From: an uncultured Akkermansia sp.
GTDB taxonomy: Bacteria > Verrucomicrobiota > Verrucomicrobiia > Verrucomicrobiales > Akkermansiaceae
Direction: 5' to 3'
Length of the DNA: 64,000 nt
Assembly: GCA_904502165.1 (NCBI GenBank)
Contig: CAJGDB010000001.1
Coordinates: 2,614-66,613, forward strand
Below the pieces are notes generated by a model. It was not told where the DNA came from and did no database searches. It saw only the letters and a program-made list of their open reading frames with translations. The translations under genes and the position numbers were made by a program. Within the stretch, counting starts at the first letter, position 1; the number at the start of each line of letters is the position of its first letter. Shown here one piece after another: positions 59,352-64,000 of the stretch.

Positions 59352-62300
59352 TCAGGAGTAGAGCGAGAGTTCTTCGTCCAGCTTGATGCAGGGGGACACG
59401 CTGTAGCGCTCGCCCAGCTCGATGCTGACGCGGTTACCCAGGGTATTGCGGAAGTGCATGTGCACGGGCATCTTGCCAGGGTACTTCTGAAGGATTTTCT
59501 TGATGAGCTCCAGGTCGCCTGCATTGTGGCGGGCCGTATTGAGGGTGATTTCGTAAATCTTTGGTTTGCCACCCTTGCGTCGGGAGTTGCTGCCCAGCTG
59601 TTCCACCCCGTTGGCAGAGACTTTCTTGCCACCGGTTTTTTCGTCTTCGGAGATGCGGGCTCGGAACTGCACGAAGTTGCCGGCGGTGAGTAATCCTTCC
59701 TGAGCCGCAGCCTTTGTGTAGGAATCTCCCCAGAGCAGGGCTTCGGTGCTGCCGGTGAAGTCTTCTACGGTGATGATGGCAAACTTCTGACCGCTCTTGC
59801 TGACCTTGATGTTGACCGAGCGGAGCATGCCGGCCATGTCACGGGACCCCCGGATTTCCTCTGCCGTGAGGTCAGGCAGCGTGCCGATTGGAAGAAATTT
59901 CGGGGAGTCAATGATGCCGCGCATGCTGTCCAGCGGGTTGCCGGTGAAATAAGCGCCGGTGAGGAATTTTTCATCGTCGAGGCGTTTTTCCTTGGGCCAT
60001 TCCTGGGTAATGAACGTTTCTTCCGGGGCAGAGGTGGTGTCTGTCATATCGAACAGAGCCATCTGGCCGGCTTCGGCATCTTTATGTACGCTGCTGGCCC
60101 CGTTGATGCATTGCTCGATGCTGTCGAAAATCTGGGCGCGGCAGACGTGCATCCAGTCAAAGGCTCCACATTGCACCAGCACTTCAATCTGGTTGCGGCG
60201 CACATTCTGCGGCGGGATGCGGTAGCAGAAGTCCTCCAGGCTCTTGTACGGGCCGTTCTTCTTGCGTTCTTCCACAATGACTTTCACCGTTTCAGAACTC
60301 ATGCTCTTGACGGAAGCGAGACCAAAACGCACAGCGAGCTTGCCATTCGGCATGGTTTCCGGCTGGAACTTCACCTCACTATGGTTCACGCAGGGGCCCA
60401 GCACTTCAATGCCCATGCGGATGGCTTCCTGAATGAACACGCCAATCTTCTCGTTGGTGGCTTCATTCGTCATGAGTCCGCAGAGGAATTCCACCGGGTA
60501 GTGGGCCTTGAGGTAGGCGGTCCAGTACGAGATATGGCCATAGCATGCCGAGTGCGATTTGTTGAAGCCGTAACCGGCGAACTTCTGAATCTTGTCGAAG
60601 ATGGCGTTGGCTGTTTTTTCATCAATCTGGTTGACATCCCAGCATCCTTTCACGAAACGGCGGCGCTGCTCGGCCATTTCCTGCATGTCCTTGTGGCCCA
60701 TGGCTCGGCGCAGAAGGTCTGCACCGCCCAGGGTATAGCCGGCCAGCAGTTTGGCCGCAGCCTGTACCTGTTCCTGGTAAATCATCACGCCGTATGTAAG
60801 ACCCGATACTGTTTCCAGCAGCGGGTGCTCATACTCGGCCTGCTTCAGGCCTTTCTTAACGGCAATCATGTCGTCCATGAACTGCATGGCACCAGGGCGG
60901 TAGAGCGCGAGTAGGGCGATGATGTCTTCGATGTTATCAATGCCGTATCGGCGGCAGGTATCGACCATACCGCCCGATTCGAGCTGGAACACACCCATGG
61001 TGTCACCCCGGTTGAGCAGCTCAAAGGTTTTTTTGTCGGTGATGTCTACGGCATCATAGCAGAAATCCGGCACGCGCCAGCGTACGTAGGATTCGGCATC
61101 CTTCATCACGGTGAGGGTCTTGAGCCCCAGGAAGTCCATCTTCAGCAGCCCTGCGTTGTAAATGGCGCCCATATCGCATTGCGCCACCACTTCACCCTTC
61201 GGGTTGCTCAGGTCATCTCGCGTGAGAGCCACGTATTCATCCAGCGGGCGGTCACCAATCACCACGCCTGCTGCGTGCATGCCCACATTTCGTACAGTGC
61301 CTTCCAGCTTTTTAGCGTAGTTCCAGATTTCCTTGTAGGTGTCATCCTGGTCCAGGAGGTTGCGGAGATCCTCGCTGGCAGCCAGGCTCTTGTCGAGGGT
61401 AACACCCGGGCCGCTTTCAATGAGTTTGGCAATTTTATCGCTGTCTCCATAGCTCATGTCCAGCACGCGGGCTACGTCCTTAATCACAGATTTGGCACCC
61501 ATGGTGCCGTAGGTGATGATGTGGGTTACGGCTCGTTCACCATATTTCTGGCGCACGTATTCAATGACTTCCGGGCGGCGTGTCTGGCAGAAGTCGATAT
61601 CGATATCCGGCGGGCTTACGCGTTCCGGGTTCAGGAATCGCTCGAAAATGAGATTGAAGGCGTAGGGGTCGATGTTGGTAATCTTCATCACATAGGCTAC
61701 CAGCGAGCCTGCGGCCGACCCACGGCCCGGGCCCACGGGAATGTCGTGGTCCTTGGCCCAGTTGATGAAATCTGCGGTGATGAGGAAGTAGCTGGGGAAA
61801 CGCAGCTGGTTGATGATGCCAAGCTCGTAGTCCAGGCGCGCACGGAGTTCCTGGTCATTTTCGGCACGTTCCTTGCCGTAGCGTTCCTCAAGCCCCTTGT
61901 AGCAGATTTTACGCAGGTATTCCTCGCGGGTGGAGCCATCCTCCGGGGCGAACTCCGGGTAACGCTCGGTGGAGGTGGAGTCGAGCTTGATGGAGGTGTT
62001 GCAGCGTTCGGCAATGATGTTGGTGTTTTCGTAGGCATCCGGGTATTCCGGGAAGAGCTCCCGCATTTCCTCCTCGCTCTTGAAATACACGCTCTTGGGG
62101 TAGCGCATGCGCTTGGAGTCCATGCGCTTGTTGCCGGTACCCACGCAGATGAGGATATCGTGGGCATCGTGGTCATCAGCATTCAGGAAATGGGCATCAT
62201 TCGTCACCACCAGGGGTACATTGTGCTTGCGGGCAATGCGTACCAGCTCCGGTGTCACCCGGCGTTCCTCTTCCAGCTCGTGGTCCTGCAGCTCAACGAA

Positions 62301-62864
62301 TACATTGTCCTTGCCGAAGATATCCACTAAATCCAGCAGCACCTGCTCGGCTTTCTCCGGTTCATCGCGCAGCAGCCATTCCTGCATGGGGCCGGAGATA
62401 CAGCCCGTCAGGCAGATGAGCCCCTTGCTGAATTCGCGCAGGGTATCGTAGTCAATTCTCGGTTTGTAATAGAAGCCGTCAAGATGGCCCCGGGAGACAA
62501 TTTTGATGAGGTTTTCCCAACCGATGTTGTTTTCGCACAGTAATACCAGGTGGCTGTATTTATTGCGTCCCGGAATCTGTTTTTTTACATCCAGCGGGGT
62601 TGGTGCCACATAGACCTCGCAGCCCAGAATCGGCTTGAACACAGGCTTCTTTTCATCCGGGTGTTCCTTGTTCCATTCCAGCACTCCCTTGTTGTGCTTC
62701 TTGACATTCACCATGAATTCAATGGCTGCAAATACATTGCCATGGTCAGTAATGGCAACGGAATTCATGCCCAGCTCCACGCATTTCTTAATCAGATCCT
62801 TCGTGTGGATCATGCCGTCGAGCAGGGAGTATTCTGTGTGAACGTGTAAGTGAGTGAATGCCAT
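59352..62864 (-). CDS. dnaE: DNA polymerase III alpha subunit
   Basis: HLHVHTEYSLLDG PHP domain, GRGSAAGS, PDIDIDF, KMDFLGL, YGFNKSH. Confidence 0.97.
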   Translation of the reverse strand: MAFTHLHVHTEYSLLDGMIHTKDLIKKCVELGMNSVAITDHGNVFAAIEFMVNVKKHNKGVLEWNKEHPDEKKPVFKPILGCEVYVAPTPLDVKKQIPGRNKYSHLVLLCENNIGWENLIKIVSRGHLDGFYYKPRIDYDTLREFSKGLICLTGCISGPMQEWLLRDEPEKAEQVLLDLVDIFGKDNVFVELQDHELEEERRVTPELVRIARKHNVPLVVTNDAHFLNADDHDAHDILICVGTGNKRMDSKRMRYPKSVYFKSEEEMRELFPEYPDAYENTNIIAERCNTSIKLDSTSTERYPEFAPEDGSTREEYLRKICYKGLEERYGKERAENDQELRARLDYELGIINQLRFPSYFLITADFINWAKDHDIPVGPGRGSAAGSLVAYVMKITNIDPYAFNLIFERFLNPERVSPPDIDIDFCQTRRPEVIEYVRQKYGERAVTHIITYGTMGAKSVIKDVARVLDMSYGDSDKIAKLIESGPGVTLDKSLAASEDLRNLLDQDDTYKEIWNYAKKLEGTVRNVGMHAAGVVIGDRPLDEYVALTRDDLSNPKGEVVAQCDMGAIYNAGLLKMDFLGLKTLTVMKDAESYVRWRVPDFCYDAVDITDKKTFELLNRGDTMGVFQLESGGMVDTCRRYGIDNIEDIIALLALYRPGAMQFMDDMIAVKKGLKQAEYEHPLLETVSGLTYGVMIYQEQVQAAAKLLAGYTLGGADLLRRAMGHKDMQEMAEQRRRFVKGCWDVNQIDEKTANAIFDKIQKFAGYGFNKSHSACYGHISYWTAYLKAHYPVEFLCGLMTNEATNEKIGVFIQEAIRMGIEVLGPCVNHSEVKFQPETMPNGKLAVRFGLASVKSMSSETVKVIVEERKKNGPYKSLEDFCYRIPPQNVRRNQIEVLVQCGAFDWMHVCRAQIFDSIEQCINGASSVHKDAEAGQMALFDMTDTTSAPEETFITQEWPKEKRLDDEKFLTGAYFTGNPLDSMRGIIDSPKFLPIGTLPDLTAEEIRGSRDMAGMLRSVNIKVSKSGQKFAIITVEDFTGSTEALLWGDSYTKAAAQEGLLTAGNFVQFRARISEDEKTGGKKVSANGVEQLGSNSRRKGGKPKIYEITLNTARHNAGDLELIKKILQKYPGKMPVHMHFRNTLGNRVSIELGERYSVSPCIKLDEELSLYS

Positions 62865-62870
62865 AGCGCG

Positions 62871-62896
62871 TGCGGTGATTATACACAATCACCGCA
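62871..62896. promoter_or_regulatory. Perfect 10-bp palindrome overlapping dnaE -10 box
   Basis: TGCGGTGATT-atacac-AATCACCGCA; minus-strand TATAAT at 62878-62883. Confidence 0.55.
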
Positions 62897-62944
62897 ATCA
62901 TGTCAGCACGAAAACGTGCCAGAATGTCAAAAAGTATCGAATCA

Positions 62945-64000
62945 TCAGCAGCTGACGCTGCTGTTCAGCCTTGCTACATGAACCTCGCCAGTATGGAATT
63001 GGCAGAGGGCATCCTTCATGGCGGCAGAGCATTCCTTTTCGCCATGCACCAGGTAGACCTTTGCCTTGCTGCCACCCGTCTTGCGGAAATAGGTGAGAAG
63101 CTCATCATGGTCCGCATGCCCGGAGAAGGAATCGAGCGATTCGATTCTGGCGCGCACCGGGTACAAATCACCAAGAATCCGTACTTCCAGTGCACCATTG
63201 AGTATGCGGCGGCCCAGGGTATTGGCAGCGCAGTACCCCACAAAGAGAACCGTGTTATTGGGGCGGCCTATACCATTCTTGAGGTGGTGCAGGATGCGCC
63301 CGGCTTCGCACATGCCTGAGGCAGAGATGATGATGGCGTTTTCGCGCAGATTATTCAGGCGCTGAGACTCTGAAATGCTGCGTACCATGTGCAGCTGTTC
63401 GAACTGGAAGGGGTCTCGCTCGGCAAAGAGGAAATCGTATACTTCCTTGTTGAAGCATTCCGGGTGAATGCGGAAGATTTCTGTGGCACTTACCGCCATA
63501 GGACTGTCCACATATACCTGGTAGTTCGGCAGGCGGCCATCCTTGTAGGCCCGGTTCAGCAGGTAGAGTAACTGCTGGGTGCGCTCAACGGCAAAGGAGG
63601 GAATATAGACATTGCCACCGCGTTTGAGCGCATCGCGTATTGTGCGGCAGAACGTTTCGTCGTCGCGGCTGGGGGCCTCGTGGTGGCGGCCGCCGTAGGT
63701 GCATTCCATCAGCATGATGTCCACGTCCGGTACCGGCACTGGGTCACGCAGAAGTTCGTTGTTGCCGCGCCCCACATCGCCAGAGAAGAGCAGGCGCTTG
63801 TGCTGCCCGTCTTCCTCATCGTCAATATCCAGCACAATCTGGGCTGCCCCCAGAATGTGGCCGGCATCGTAGAACGTGAGCGTTACCCCCGGCAGAATGG
63901 GGAAAGGAATTTCATAACCGATGTTGATAAAGCGGCGTAGGCAGAGTTCGGCATCCTGTTCGGTGTAGATAACCTCTGCCACCTTGCCGCTGCCGCCTTT
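62945..64000 (-). CDS. MBL-fold beta-CASP RNA-processing hydrolase (5' end outside window)
   Basis: AGHILGAA, FSGDVG, ECTYG, PSFAVERTQ, SASGMCEAGRI, FSGHAD, LVHGE. Confidence 0.9.
   Translation of the reverse strand, partial: KGGSGKVAEVIYTEQDAELCLRRFINIGYEIPFPILPGVTLTFYDAGHILGAAQIVLDIDDEEDGQHKRLLFSGDVGRGNNELLRDPVPVPDVDIMLMECTYGGRHHEAPSRDDETFCRTIRDALKRGGNVYIPSFAVERTQQLLYLLNRAYKDGRLPNYQVYVDSPMAVSATEIFRIHPECFNKEVYDFLFAERDPFQFEQLHMVRSISESQRLNNLRENAIIISASGMCEAGRILHHLKNGIGRPNNTVLFVGYCAANTLGRRILNGALEVRILGDLYPVRARIESLDSFSGHADHDELLTYFRKTGGSKAKVYLVHGEKECSAAMKDALCQFHTGEVHVARLNSSVSC

Overview
A 64-kb, GC-rich bacterial chromosomal window that is mostly housekeeping genes. An Akkermansia-like member of Verrucomicrobiota is the likely source (inferred from gene content, e.g. 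an LpxL-GT9 fusion, mcsA-mcsB-clpC without ctsR, and a GH29 fucosidase). About 50 CDS are supported, including tnaA-like (partial), nadD, ftsH, ribBA, glnS, rnc, miaB, valS, clpC/mcsB/mcsA, mutL, gatB, dsbD-like, uvrD, gpmI, oppABC, recJ, sufT, dprA, nadC, metG and dnaE. I saw no rRNA, tRNA or CRISPR array. Most notable: (1) a solitary tyrosine recombinase and a divergent orphan gene separated by a ~150-bp AT-rich segment bounded by 19-bp inverted repeats (candidate invertible promoter switch); (2) at least 12 genes with a sigma70 -10 box 6-7 nt before the start codon, implying widespread leaderless mRNAs; (3) three apparently non-catalytic homologues (McsB, a Ser/Thr kinase-like protein, a serpin). 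All calls come from reading motifs by eye; no database searches were run.
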